A stretch of DNA of 61,200 nt, the filler included, from Platydemus manokwari (taxonomy: Eukaryota): NCBI GenBank assembly GCA_037951405.1. It is 5 parts of 5 records of this genome, joined end to end, with 100 filler letters (N's around TTAATTAATTAA, not from the genome) between each part and the next. Parts side by side here need not be neighbours in the genome. Positions count along the whole stretch, not along the records: positions 24,347 to 36,858 come from JBBMOY010104454.1; positions 36,959 to 50,090 come from JBBMOY011828056.1; 3 more parts are not named here. One strand, written 5' to 3'. Each line of letters begins with the position of its first letter. The first letter of the stretch is position 1. The notes below the pieces were generated by a model, which was not told the origin of the DNA, made no database searches, and worked only from the letters and a program-made list of their open reading frames with translations. A program made the translations under genes and the position numbers. Below, one piece after another: positions 29,001 to 41,500 of the stretch.

Positions 29001-29950
29001 TGAATTATTAAAATTAATTTCGCCTTGTCGTAGCATATCTATCACAAACTTTTTAGTTACTTTTCTTTTAAATCTATTTTCATTATTTACTGACTATTTT
29101 ATGAATTCTTTTGCACAATTATCACATTGAAATATTTTTACTTTCATTCTTCATTAGATCTGGATATTTTGAGATTAATATCAAATAAAAACATGAGTGA
29201 CTTTGTTTACCCAAAACTTTTGCAGAATTACCTTTATCATTATCAAATAAAATATTGACACATTTAATATTTGCAACCATTATAAATGGAATTTTATTTG
29301 ATGATTATGGATTTGAAATTTTAATATATTAATTAGTTTTATAATCTCTTTACCGTTTTTACGACATATTCTTTGATGGTTTTCAAAACTATTTTCTTTT
29401 ACGAAATAACTACAACATTGATCAGGAATATTTAATTTTCTATTAGGTCTTCATTTACATTTTATTTCTCTCCACTTAAAACGTTCAAAGTTTTTAATAT
29501 ATGCATATGAGTTGTTTTTACATTTTTATCTAAATATATTTAGACTTTATTCTTGTGTTTTTATAGGTATATTGGAAATACTTTATAATGCTTTCTTTCA
29601 TTACCTTTTCCTTTTAGCCCATAAAAATTTGGTTTAAAAGTATTATTTCTTATGAATATTTTAATTTCCTCAGCATATGTTGGAAATGTAACCTTTTATG
29701 TTTAATTAATTAGTATGATTTTTATAATGATCTAGTCTATTTGGATGGGGATTTTTAATTAATCTCAAGAGATTTATAAAAACTTAAAATTATCGATTCT
29801 TCATCCATTGTCGAAAAAAGAACTTCACTTATGGCATGTAATTTCTTTATATAATTTTTAGATTTCTCATGAGATTTAAAAGCTTGAAATTTAGTATTTG
29901 TGCTCAATCATTTTTATGATATTATTTTTCATAAGGTTTTCAACAAAACT
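26040..29950 (-). mobile_element. Decayed Polinton/Maverick fragment: pPolB N-terminal part (~29000-29950), KilA-N-like ORF (~28205-28500), retroviral-type integrase (~27330-28130) and an unknown ORF (~26040-27160)
   Basis: Integrase: VFGKDDTYITDFVVMP...LVAIDL*TRYGRCIPLK..ETLVKAFE..PKYVCFDKEAG.TNKYFKKFCEENNIALYH, then KFKVLNRFKIFKYKNKFEKDYT. pPolB-like: PHPNRLDHY..LNIKG/TFP, YAYIKNFERF, CCSYFVKENSFENHQRIC, PFIMVANIKC. All are interrupted by stops or frameshifts. TIRs were not identified. Confidence 0.8.
27330..28130 (-). pseudogene. Polinton-type (c-integrase, rve) integrase pseudogene
   Basis: Track ORFs 27727-27936 and 27413-27610 plus frameshifted upstream sequence reproduce the Polinton integrase motif order (D..ID..S.Y...PLK; P....D.G; KF.VGD.VRI.K.K..F.KGY). 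Confidence 0.8.
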
Positions 29951-30759
29951 TACTGTAATAATTTATATATCAAATTGTAGATAATTAAATAGGGAATTTT
30001 ATGAGTTAACTATTGAGTAAATAAATTCCTGGAGTCTGGAATCAAAGAATAACCTTACTACTTATTTTATTTATTAAATTAACAATCTATTTTTCCTTAT
30101 TTTAACAATCTATCACCCATAATTCGGCATAAGGAAGTGGAAGAATTTTATCTTTATTAATCTAGACTTTTACATTTCATTTTTAGTTTAATGTATAATA
30201 ATTAGGTCCCAATAACCACACCCACTCCTACAAGAAGGCCAAGAGAATTTATAAGTGACTTTTATTCTTTGATGGTTACATTTTTTACTTGTTCAACGGG
30301 GAAGTAACTTGTGATTGGAATTTCATCACAACAATTTATTGTGGACCAAAAATTATTATAATTTTAACTATCAAAGTAAATATTATTACTCATTTAATAT
30401 ATTTAAGCAGGTTATCAATATTTGATTTGAAGACTTTCCACGATATTTCTGGAATAAGTATGCTTTTTAATATGGTACTTCTTATTAATATTATATATAT
30501 GATTACATTACATTAATAGTGATTTAGTTACAAATATATTTTTTCATATCTATTCGATTATATTTATCAATTTGATTAATCACACTTCGTAAGAATGACA
30601 TTTTTCAAGTACTTAGATTAAAAACGTCACATATTCGATTTTGAACTCAAACTTCATGAGCTACAAAGTTCAAAAGATTTCAGAAGTATTTAACACATGT
30701 TCTCCGATTTTGACTCATTCATTTTAGACTAATTAACATCAACTCATTTTCCGATAAAA

Positions 30760-32265
30760 ATGGTAACGATAATTTCAGTGTTTATTAAATGATTTGTTAA
30801 ATATATTCATTCATATTTATCAACTTTTTATTAACGAATATTTTTATCAATAGCGAGAATGTATTAGTGTTCATGTTGGTCAAGCTGGAGTACAGATGGG
30901 AAACAGTTGTTGGGAATTGTATTGCCTTGAGCACGGAATTCAAAACAATGGAATACAAGTTAAAGAAAGTTACAGTGGCAATCCAGATTCGGCACCATTT
31001 AGCACATTTTTCAATGAATGTGGAAATAATAGATTCGTGCCAAGAAGTATATTTGTAGATTTGGAACCAACAGTTTTAGGTAGAATTATATATGTATAAG
31101 TTATACAATTCAAAATATGATATTAGATGAAATTAGAACTGGATCGTATCGTCAATTATATCATCCAGAAATGTTAATTTCCGGAAAAGAAGATGCTGCA
31201 AACAATTACGCAAGAGGTCATTATTCTGTTGGTAAAGAGCTGATCGATCATACTATGCAGCAAATTCAAAAACTAGCTGAACAATGCTCAGCTTTACAAG
31301 GGTTTTTAGTTTTCCATTCATTTGGAGGAGGAACTGGATCAGGATTCACCTCTCTATTGATGGAGAGATTGAGTATTGAATACGGAAAAAAATCCAAATT
31401 AGAATTTGCAATTTACCCTTCTCCAAGTATGGCTACAGCTGTCGTTGAGCCTTATAATTCCATTTTGACTACTCATACCACTTTGGAACACACTGATTGC
31501 GCATTTTTGGCTGATAATGAAGCCATTTATGATATTTGCAGAAAGAAATTGGATATCGACCGACCTACTTATACAAATTTGAATAGATTAGTAGGACAAA
31601 TAGTTAGCTCAATAACAGCTTCATTGAGATTTGATGGTGCATTAAATGTAGACTTGACCGAATTCCAAACGAATCTTGTTCCTTATCCAAGAATACATTT
31701 TCCACTTGTTACTTATGCACCAGTAATATCGAGACAGAAGGCAAATCACGAACAACTGAGTGTGCCTGAAATTACTAACGCTTGTTTCGATCCACAAAAT
31801 CAAATGGTGAAATGTAATCAGAGAGATGGAAAATATATGGCATGCTGTCTTCTATATAGAGGTGATGTTGTCTCCAAAGATGTCAGTGCTGCAATTACTA
31901 ATATAAAAGCGAAGAAGAGTATCCAATTTGTAGATTGGTGTCCAACTGGATTCAAAGTAGGACTTAATTATCAACCTTCAACAGAGGTTCCTGGAGGTGA
32001 TTTAGCACAAGTGAAAAGGTCATTATGTATGCTCAGCAACACAACAGCAATTGTTGAAGCATGGTCAAGACTTAATCGGAAATTTGATTTGATGTTTGCT
32101 AAAAGAGCTTTTGTTCATTGGTATGTTGGTGAAGGAATGGAAGAAGGAGAATTTGCTGAAGCAAGAGAAGACTTAGCTGCACTAGAGAAAGATTATGAAG
32201 AAGCAGGAATGGATACTGTTGATGTAGCCGAAGACGACCTAACCGAACATCCAGAATATGCTTAA
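30760..32265 (+). CDS. TUBA: Alpha-tubulin, 455 aa; exons 30760-30762, 30854-31079, 31127-32265
   Basis: ATG|gtaacg...tag|CGA GAA TGT gives [29 protein letters not shown]. It has the GGGTGSG signature and an intact T7 motif [14 protein letters not shown]. Introns sit after codon 1 and inside the D76-equivalent codon, which are the conserved metazoan alpha-tubulin positions. AATAAA follows the stop. Confidence 0.98.
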
Positions 32266-32795
32266 TAAATTATTTACAATTTACTTTAGCGAATGATAAT
32301 AAAGTGATTTGTTAACTGCAAACAATAAATTGAATGATTTTACTTTCAAGAATTATTATCTTTTAAATAAAAAGTTTAACTAAAAAATTATTTTCAATCT
32401 CGCCGATAAAAGTCGTTTAATCTAATTGTGATGTCGCTCGCTCTTGATTATGGTTGAATTGGGTTGAATTAATATCTTGAAGTAGTAAATTGCGATTTGA
32501 AAGTGTACCGACTTTTATTGGTTTGATGCCTTTTTGTTTGATGTATCCAAAGCAGTTTAAAATTAATTATTTACATCTAATTTTCTTAACTGTTCTAAAT
32601 GACTGATCTTAATGGAACAATAAAATAGAATTATAAATTTTCTAATAGAGTTTTATCATTATATCGCATAGACAACTTATGATAAATCGGAAGAAAATAA
32701 ATCTTTACAAACTCCTTAATTATTTTAAATCTTTTATTTATAAGCATGGTTTTTTATTTTTCGATGTTATAATTATTATTGAACTTAATATTATT

Positions 32796-33685
32796 AGTTA
32801 GATAAACCTCAGATTTGTTTAAATATTCCAATAAACGACTGTGTCATTTAAAACAATAAATATTGATGGCAACAACTAATGTTTTTTACTGGCGACCAGG
32901 CCGAAATAAATGCTTTTACGAGAGCCAAACGTGAAGAGAGGCTCCAAAATTTTGCGAATCTACCCCGAAAAACTCAAGACTGATTGATTCAGAAGCCGTT
33001 GTTCTTCTATGCATCAATCCTAGATGCTGAAAAATGATTCCAGACAAACCAAGGATTTCGACACATTTAATTAAATGGAACTGTCATTTGCATTTGACAG
33101 TTGAGATATGACGTCAAGCAACTGTGGCGAGAATTCAGCAGTTTCAAATGAAGAGATTGAGAAATGGTTTTTGAAAACTTTCTCACATGCCAAAACAGTT
33201 CAGGATTTGGCAGCAATGCGACAAAGACCAGATGAAAAATATCGCAGTTTTGAACTTCGGATAAAGAAGCTAGTTTCGGCGGTGTTTGACAAGAAAAACA
33301 CTGTTGAAGAAATTTCAAAACTATTTATTTTGCAAGGTCTAAAATACAAAAAATTAAAAGAGTATTTTACTCTCGACCCTGCAAATTTAAGGAATTCCGA
33401 TGTTGAAAAAATAGGTAGTAGAGTTTTAAAAGTTGGAGAACAGATTTTAGTGAAGAAAGAACCACACAAGATAAAGAAAAACGGATATCGTTATGAAGGT
33501 CCTCATGGAATTTTGAAATTTTTAAGCCCACATCAAGTTCTTCTTGATTTCCAGGGATAGCCACAACATCGAAGAATTGAGTGGCTAAAAAGATCTCAAA
33601 AGAACGGGAGAGGGAAATTAGATATTTCTTATATTTGTTCAAAAATATTCAAAAAAAATGTTGATGGAAACAACCAATGTTTTCA
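32796..33685 (+). mobile_element. Miniature Ty3/Gypsy-derived LTR element (TRIM-like): 5' LTR ~32796-32888, PBS 32890-32900, gag/integrase-tail ORF, PPT ~33599-33615, 3' LTR ~33616-33685
   Basis: Direct repeats ttagata..atttgtt..aatattc...aaat(a/g)ttgatgg(c/a)aacaac(t/c)aatgtttt flank the element. TGGCGACCAGG follows the first repeat and the purine tract aagaacgggagagggaa precedes the second. ORF 33108-33560 joins the gag motif RQRPDEKYRSFELRIKKL to the GPY/F motif LKVGEQILVK...RYEGPHGI. Confidence 0.85.
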
Positions 33686-34202
33686 TTTTATTGTTATTAT
33701 AAAGTAATTATTTAATTATAAATATATACAATGTAACTCAGTAAATTTTCAGAGTTAACCGAAAATGAGTAAACGATTGCTTTTAAAATTTAGTTAATAA
33801 ATAAGTACAATCAATTAAGAGATTATAGATTTAACTTATTATTTAACTTATTATATATAATTAATGGAACTGGAATTGTCAGTCTATATTTCACTTTTCC
33901 AAGTAATTTTGAATCAGATTCATTGTAGTTATATGTCAAATATGTTATAACTATATAAATATTATGATTAATATTACTTTTGAAAGTATAACTATCACCC
34001 ACGTCTAATTTTTCAAAAACAGAAAACAATAAAAGCTTTTGATGGAAGCAATGCCAAAAGAGCACAAGAATATTCAAAGCTCTTTTATGAAAATAAGATT
34101 ACCGCAACTCGGCATAAGAAAATCAATGAATCGAAAACATTTGCTGGAATAATTATTATTAATGCTATTATTAGTATTGGCATTATTATTTATATTAATA
34201 TC

Positions 34203-34203
<1 letters not shown>

Positions 34204-34237
<34 letters not shown>
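34204..34237. repeat. Compound (TA)n(TG)n microsatellite
   Basis: atatatat...atgtgtgtg. Confidence 0.95.
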
Positions 34238-35009
34238 AATTTAGTCAGCTACTATCTGATGAAGCAGGAATTCCGTGTAAGAACTTCAAACTGTTTACTA
34301 TCATCAAATCAACAACCGATTTCATAGTGAAGTTATAGTGCGAGTACTATGCAAGTTTAGAAATACAAAATCACAGACTTCATAAAAAGATGATAAGCCA
34401 TATGATTGAATATAAAACCATATGGAACTCCAATTTAGTTATTAGACTGTGATGTTAATTTAAAAATACGATAAACAATTTACATGATATTAAAATTATT
34501 AAAAATTGAGTCTAAAGATATATAAAATATAAACATACCATATTTATATTTATAAAAGGATCTTGCTAAATAATACTGTTAAACTCTCAGTATTAAAATT
34601 AGAAAAATAAAATTGAATTTTTTATTAAAAAAAAGATGTGGATATTAAAAATGTGGAAATTTTTATATTTGGTCAAAAAATGAAAATAAATCTGAAGGGA
34701 TAAATTTTAAATAAAAATTTGTTTGAAATTAGTATATTTTTTGATGTTAAAAAAAATGACTTCTGATTTAAATTTTGAGAATGAGGAAATTTTGGCAACT
34801 AACAGGGGGAAAGAGGACCAAATTAAATGGGAGTCATCTTTTAATTTTGCGATTATATTTCCAAACCAATCAAGAAGCTAAATTAGACAAAAGAATTACA
34901 TATTAAAGAAAATCACAAATTTACTATTATGATTATGAAAGAACAATAGAAGCACAAAAAAATCAAATCATAAAAATTATCAAATGATGATGGCCAAGCA
35001 AAATCTCTA

Positions 35010-36400
35010 CTTTACGCTTGGTAAAATCTTAGCACCCTATTGTGCTCATGGATACCTTCAATCGTGTCTACCATTATCCTTAACAAAAGATTGATAGTCT
35101 CCTTAACAATTAGATAGTCTCTGGAAAGCTTCTTTCTCCAAATCAATAGACTTGCCTTTCTCAAGATGGTTATGCAATATGAAATTAAAATCAACAATCA
35201 ACTTGTCTTCTTTGTTGACGAGAATAATCTATATCAATATTTTGGGGTCCCTTTTGGGAAACCGAAAATTTTCAGTATCACTTTTGAACTAGACAATATA
35301 CCTTCAGATTTTCAAGGTATCATAGATTTTCGTTTCCACCGTACTTTTCTTCACTCACTTACCTTTCCATCCCCTTATTCGTGAAATGAATACACAACAA
35401 CTTAGCTCACCTTATTGAATTTAACCTCTTGGATTCTTGCCAGGTGTAAGCTTTAATGAGAAAATTTATGAACTGGTCAGGGGAATTATAGGTTATTGAA
35501 TAAAAACTTCTTCCATGCTCCTCGTAAACTAAGAGGTCAGATAAATTGTTTGGCGACTTCGTAACTTTGGCATTGATTATGTCTTTTACACTAAAGATTC
35601 TTCCATTATTCTCAACATTACTTCGGTCAACCAGAATAAGGTCTTTACATATCACCTCTTCAAGAACACATGATGAGTTGGCAATAGTTTTCTTTCATCG
35701 TTGGACCAAGTGTACAAATCAGGAGAAACTCACTCTTTGTCTTTCACTTTCACCCAAAAGTTATACAGTTCTCAAAGGACGTCGTCTCGACCCCAAGCTT
35801 TAGGTACTTATCATAAGAGCTAGGAATAATCTTCTGAAATTAAACTTTAATTCATAACGTGCTCAAATCTATTACTAATAGTAGATTACATCGCACAACC
35901 TTATCGAAAAAAAGATATTTGAGTCAAAGCTCGATAGTAGGAGATTACAGATAATAAAATATTGATCAGTAGTTTATATAAATGCATGTTACTATGGGGT
36001 CTTCCCGTAAAATACTGGACATATAGGGAGTCATGATCTTCGAAACTGGAGGGTGCGGTTCTTGAATGCAAAATAATGTACACTATATACGTAAATAACA
36101 TTCAATGTAACGTTTAAGTGCGTCTTTGGTAATGTGTTATTATGATAGTGTTGATTGTGTTAGGAATATACATCAATATACAGTCATTAAAATACGATAA
36201 TATACACATCAAACATCCCAGCCCACACATTACTAATTTTCATAAATCCAGAATTAATAAATCACATCACTATGCTGAATTAATGCTTTACCAGGGCAAG
36301 TCTTTTGGAGGTATTAAATCATCATGGTAAATATAAAAGATTAAAAGAATGGCCATGACAAGGGCAATTTTTTTAATCATTGTAGATTGTAAACAACTTC
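35010..36400 (-). mobile_element. Highly decayed L1/Tx1-like non-LTR retrotransposon remnant
   Basis: Minus-strand fragments occur in RT-to-C-terminus order: YFTGRP..., TIEL (IEPL-like), LKFNF (GLK.N-like), KYLKLGV (KYLG-like), then IFGFP...ILRKASLLIWRKK. It shares a ~35-nt segment with 60373-60407. Confidence 0.45.
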
Positions 36401-36858
36401 CACAAACGCCCAAGGGGAAAATTATTATATATACGAAGGCGAATAATGAAAAATGCTTACAAAAATTCTAACAGACTAACATTTTGCTTCCATTCCAAAA
36501 CTAATAGAAATTATTATTGCTAACCAGTTAACTCCGACATTGGACATTGCTTATCGGAAATTGAAATCTATCAGCTATTAATATTGAAATTTGAAGCAAG
36601 TCATCAACTGTAATTCGATCCTGCTTGTAATAAATATCGCTCAGAAAGACTCTTGGGAACTCTCGGAAGGAAGCTTATCGAATTCTCACCAAAATATGAT
36701 GCACGCGATAAACTTAATTATTGTTCATCAGCACAAAGTATAAAGTCGCTAGAATTCGTACTCGGTGCCTCCACATAAAGTTGAAGAGCCCACCAATTGA
36801 ATATAATTAATGAAAAGAAATAACACAAATTGATTGATTAAAAAGAAAGGGATTAAAT

Positions 36859-36958
36859 NNNNNNNNNNNNNNNNNNNNNNNNNNNNNNNNNNNNNNNNNN
36901 NNTTAATTAATTAANNNNNNNNNNNNNNNNNNNNNNNNNNNNNNNNNNNNNNNNNNNN
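36859..36958. other. Artificial contig linker
   Basis: N44-TTAATTAATTAA-N44. Confidence 0.99.
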
Positions 36959-38444
36959 GATCACAATTTTAATAGAACATTTATCAACCTATTAAATTGT
37001 TTTTTTTGGACTTGTTAAAATTTTCAATTCATCTCTTCATATTTTCATCTTTTCATCAAACCATCAATTATTCATCATCCACATATAATCATGTTTATAA
37101 ACATCAAACCAACCAACAAATCCCTGACTATGGACAACACACAACACAGAACAGTACAGCACAGCACAGCATAGCAGAGCGGATACCTAGCCAATGAAAG
37201 CAGCAGTGGAAGTCGAATAATGACAAATAATGTTTGAACACTGTAGGTTTTGATGAGTATTGACAATATATATTTGAACAATGCTGTTTTAATTATTGTG
37301 TTACTCTTATAAAAAATTGTTGTTGGCAATAATATTGGAGCAAAAATTATGATATTATATGAATTATTGATTGACAATAATAACTGGTTAACAATGATAA
37401 TGGTGTGAAATTATAGGATTATAATCATTTTCATCTTTTCGTAAAAGAGAAAACAGAGGTAGGAATTTCGACAGAGTTATAATAATAATTAAAATAGAAT
37501 AAATATAATAATTAATAAAAATAAAGGTACAATTTACACCAGGAGGGTAGACCTTATTAAAAAAATACATGAATAAAAATCAAAAACACATTTGAAAGCT
37601 ACATGAATAAAGATACAACTAAATGAAGAGAATGTAAAATTATTAATTTACGGAATTATCATATGGTCGTGAAATGAGAGGCATAACAAGACTGTCGAAA
37701 ATCACAACAAGGCACAATTTACTAACCAAGACTAAATCGCTTCAAAAAAACGTGAAAAAATCAAAACAATCACTACTGTTTTTTGAAGGATGCGTATCAG
37801 AAACATTCTTAGCTAGCTATTATTCAACAGGACTAAGGATCTTAATCGATATTTAACTAAGAGGAGTTAGAATAATTTTCATAGATAATTTGTATCTCAT
37901 TTTAAGTTAATGTCTATAAAATATGAATATACATCTCTGTGGAAAATAATTTTTACTTAAAAGTTTTCCCTCTGCTCAGTCAGCTTTGAATTTTTCAACT
38001 ATTAGGTTTCGCGATGTGTTGAGTATTTTGAAAAAATCTTTTGTTTATTTTTCGACTTAGATTACTTTTTGTTTTCATAAATAAAGTTTATAAGCTACTG
38101 CCTTGTAATCAACTTAGAATAACCACAAATATTTGAGTTTAGGACCACATTTGATACAACATAGAACTATAATCAGCTCGACATATATTTTTAATTTAGA
38201 AGTTTACTGACACTTGTCTATATTCAGTCATTTCATTAACAATATAAAATAATAATTTAAAATCTGGAAATGATACTTCAGCTTTAGTAGCCTTTAGATA
38301 AATTCAACAATAATCGTGTTGTCCTCATACTCGTTATTGAAACTCCGAAGGGCCAGAATTAAACTAAAGCTAACATCAAATATTTAAAATCAACTAATCA
38401 ACAATTAACCAATCAAATAAACTTCAATCATACAACTATTTAAT

Positions 38445-38519
38445 ACACACGCACATGCATGCACACACATACGCACACACATATATATATATATAGAGAG
38501 AGAGAGGGGGAGAGAGAGA
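38445..38519. repeat. Compound (CA)/(TA)/(GA) microsatellite
   Basis: acacacgcacatgcatgcacacacatacgcacacac, then atatat, then agagag. Confidence 0.9.
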
Positions 38520-41500
38520 AGTATATTTGAAAAGATATTTACTTGTTTGGGTGTAAAATTGTCAGAAGATTTTTAATTATTTTTATTATCTGGCTTTAAT
38601 TTGAATGAATGGCGTGATTGCTTGTTTTAGTATTCAGTTATTTGATACATTTAATGGTAATCATTGCTGCTACGAGAAGCCAACAGTGAAAAAATGTTTT
38701 TAAAGTTGTTGTACATGAACGCACAACAGAACCGGAACTTTAATTTTCGAAAATATGACGGCTACTCGATAAATCCAGGATACGGAAGACTGAAATTAAT
38801 TCTATGTTATTTGCAAATTTCTGAAACAAATTGATGTAAATATAATTTATTATAATTGCCCTTTAGCTTGTAAGCAGCAAAAATATCGTCTGAAATAATA
38901 AAGAAAAAAAAATAATAAAAATTTGATAATCTTTTAACAATTATATTATCCTTTATAATAAAATATTATTGTGCATAAATTAATTTTTAAAATTTTCCAA
39001 ACTTTAATTTGGGTGATAATTATTAAAAATTAAAAACATTGTATAATCAAAATTACTTTATAAAGGTAAATAAATCTAAATTATTTAGATTGAGGAATTG
39101 AAAATGGAAATAGTTGAATAAACTAAATAGAATATGTAATTCAAGTAGACAATCAAGCAATACTTCTTCATGAGATTAAACAATCTCCATTGGTGAATCC
39201 TTTATAACAAATAACTTGGGGAATCATTTCGAAATGAGATTACATGAGGAAAAATCATTTTTGAGATTTAAATGTTAGTTAAACTATTTGGGATAATTGT
39301 TGTAAAGCATTTATTTAAATATTCAGCAGTGTTATTATTATGTATGAGTATGTATATGGTGATGTAATAAGGTCTGTCTTAATTAACATGAAGTTATGAT
39401 GAAGTAACATTTATTCTATTCGCTATCCATAACATGTCTCAATTGATAAATATTTTGCTGTAGTTGTGATCATTTGAAATGAAAATATTATGGTTAATTG
39501 TTGCTCATTTTGACATCGGTACTGGTATTTACATGGATAATGGTAACTGTGTAGCACATAAATTAGTTCTTAAAACCCAAAGACATCGAATTTATCCAGA
39601 AATCTTAACAAGGAATATTTTCTAGTAAAGATAGAAAAAAACTCGTAGGTTATTGACTTGTGAACTTTGAGAAATATAACAGTTACATAGAATATTACAG
39701 CAATTGGTATTTATAAAACAAACATCAATATTTTATCTTAAGCTTTCAAGGATATCAGAAATCAATTTTTCAAGTCCATATTATCTCTCAATGAATTTCG
39801 TGATGAAATTGTCACACGTTTTGTGCAGAAGCTTCTTTTCTGCTTTCAAAGTGACAATGGCTTCGTTCAGACCGTCGTTTGATAATCGATAAAATACATG
39901 AGAGAATAATAAAATTATTTTATATTTTGATTTTATTTCTTGAGACATCAATCCTACCATTTATGTATTGAGAGAAAATATAATAATTGATTTATAGGTG
40001 AAAGCTATTCATGGTGTAATCTGAGCGAAATCAATAAAAACAAATTTCCTTTTCTACAAAAACTAGTTTCTACGAAAATTGTAAATTAAGCAAAACAAAA
40101 GAAATTTCTAATCAAATTGTCGAATACACTAGAGAGATTAGGAAGGGTTTAATCCCACTCATGACATAATGTAGGTTACGGTGTCTCTAATTATTATCCT
40201 ACTGACTGCTCCCTGAATAATTTATCATTTTATCTTTTATTTTTTACCGCCTAAAATTTGATGATTAGAAAAATTAATATTAATTTTAAAAAAATTTCGC
40301 ATTACAAACAATAATTTTTTGTCTTTTAATTTAGATTTCTAATTGGTGTTTGAACAACATTATACAAGAATCATTTTAAAATTTAGAAACGTTTTGAACA
40401 TTGAGAACGTTTTTGCATGCTCAGTTAAATTAGCTGGAATCTACTATAGCTATTACTTACATTTAGGTACAGGTGAACGTACAATTTGCTAAAAACGCTT
40501 TACAGAAATATTTAATTCCAAAACTATCTGACGTGACCTCTTGAATCTTTATAAATTTGAAATCTGACATAAACAATCAATAATACATACACACATATCA
40601 GTTAAACAGAAACAAAATATTATTTGAACCAATCAAAACACTTCAAGATATGAAAGACCAATAGAAATTTATGTGTAACCAAGTTTTAGAAAATACCAAT
40701 AAAAATGACAAACAATTTCTAAATTTTCATAATCAATATTAAACATATCAATGCTGATTTTTCAAAACAAGAAAGCATTAATCAATGTTTTCTTCAAACA
40801 TAATAAAATTCACCAAGGAATCAGAATTGTTATCAAATTTAAACTTGCAGCGTCACAATGGCTTATGTTTTTAAAGCGCTATGGTGAAATGGCATAATAA
40901 GCGCTTGATAGGAATTTATAATTATGGAGGATGAATAGTGGCCAATTATTATTATTAAAGGATTTTTATTATTAAAGATTATAAAAATGAAAAAATGAAT
41001 GTATGGTATAATTTTGATAATTTAATGATTTACTCTAGGCTACCAGAATGATAAGTAATTAACTAACGAAAAAGCTAAATAAAATAAAAAACAAAACAAT
41101 CCAACAAAACTATCACACCAAGCTTTGCACCTACATGAATGGATAATAAATCCAATATTTCAACTCCAAGTCTGTATGTATTTAGAGTGTTCGAATCTCA
41201 TTCGAAATTTCTTTCTTCAGTGTTTTATTTTAGATCTGTGATCTTTAAGTATTTGCACCGCTCAATCTTCCAGCTTGTGAAAAATGTGTGATCATGTATT
41301 TCATAAAAATCAATTGTATAAACCAAAGGTTCTCAAGTTCCAGTGGTCATCAGTTTATACTTATCAGTATATATCTCACTCGGTTAAAATTCTGAAAATA
41401 ATTTATTTACAAAATGAAATCGAATACCATCAAATATTGAAAATCTTTCAAACCGTGCTTCATTATTTCGATAATAATTTATTATCTCAACGTTGTAATA

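Noticed and set aside
31117-31126. Track start codons of the two tubulin ORFs (31117 and 56825)
   Set aside because: Both lie inside intron 2. The true starts are the ATG-only first exons at 30760 and 56429.
40130-40215. ggtttaatccc resembling a tRNA T-loop or SINE B box
   Set aside because: No A box or cloverleaf could be formed. No tRNA, rRNA, spliced-leader gene or CRISPR array was recognised anywhere in the window.
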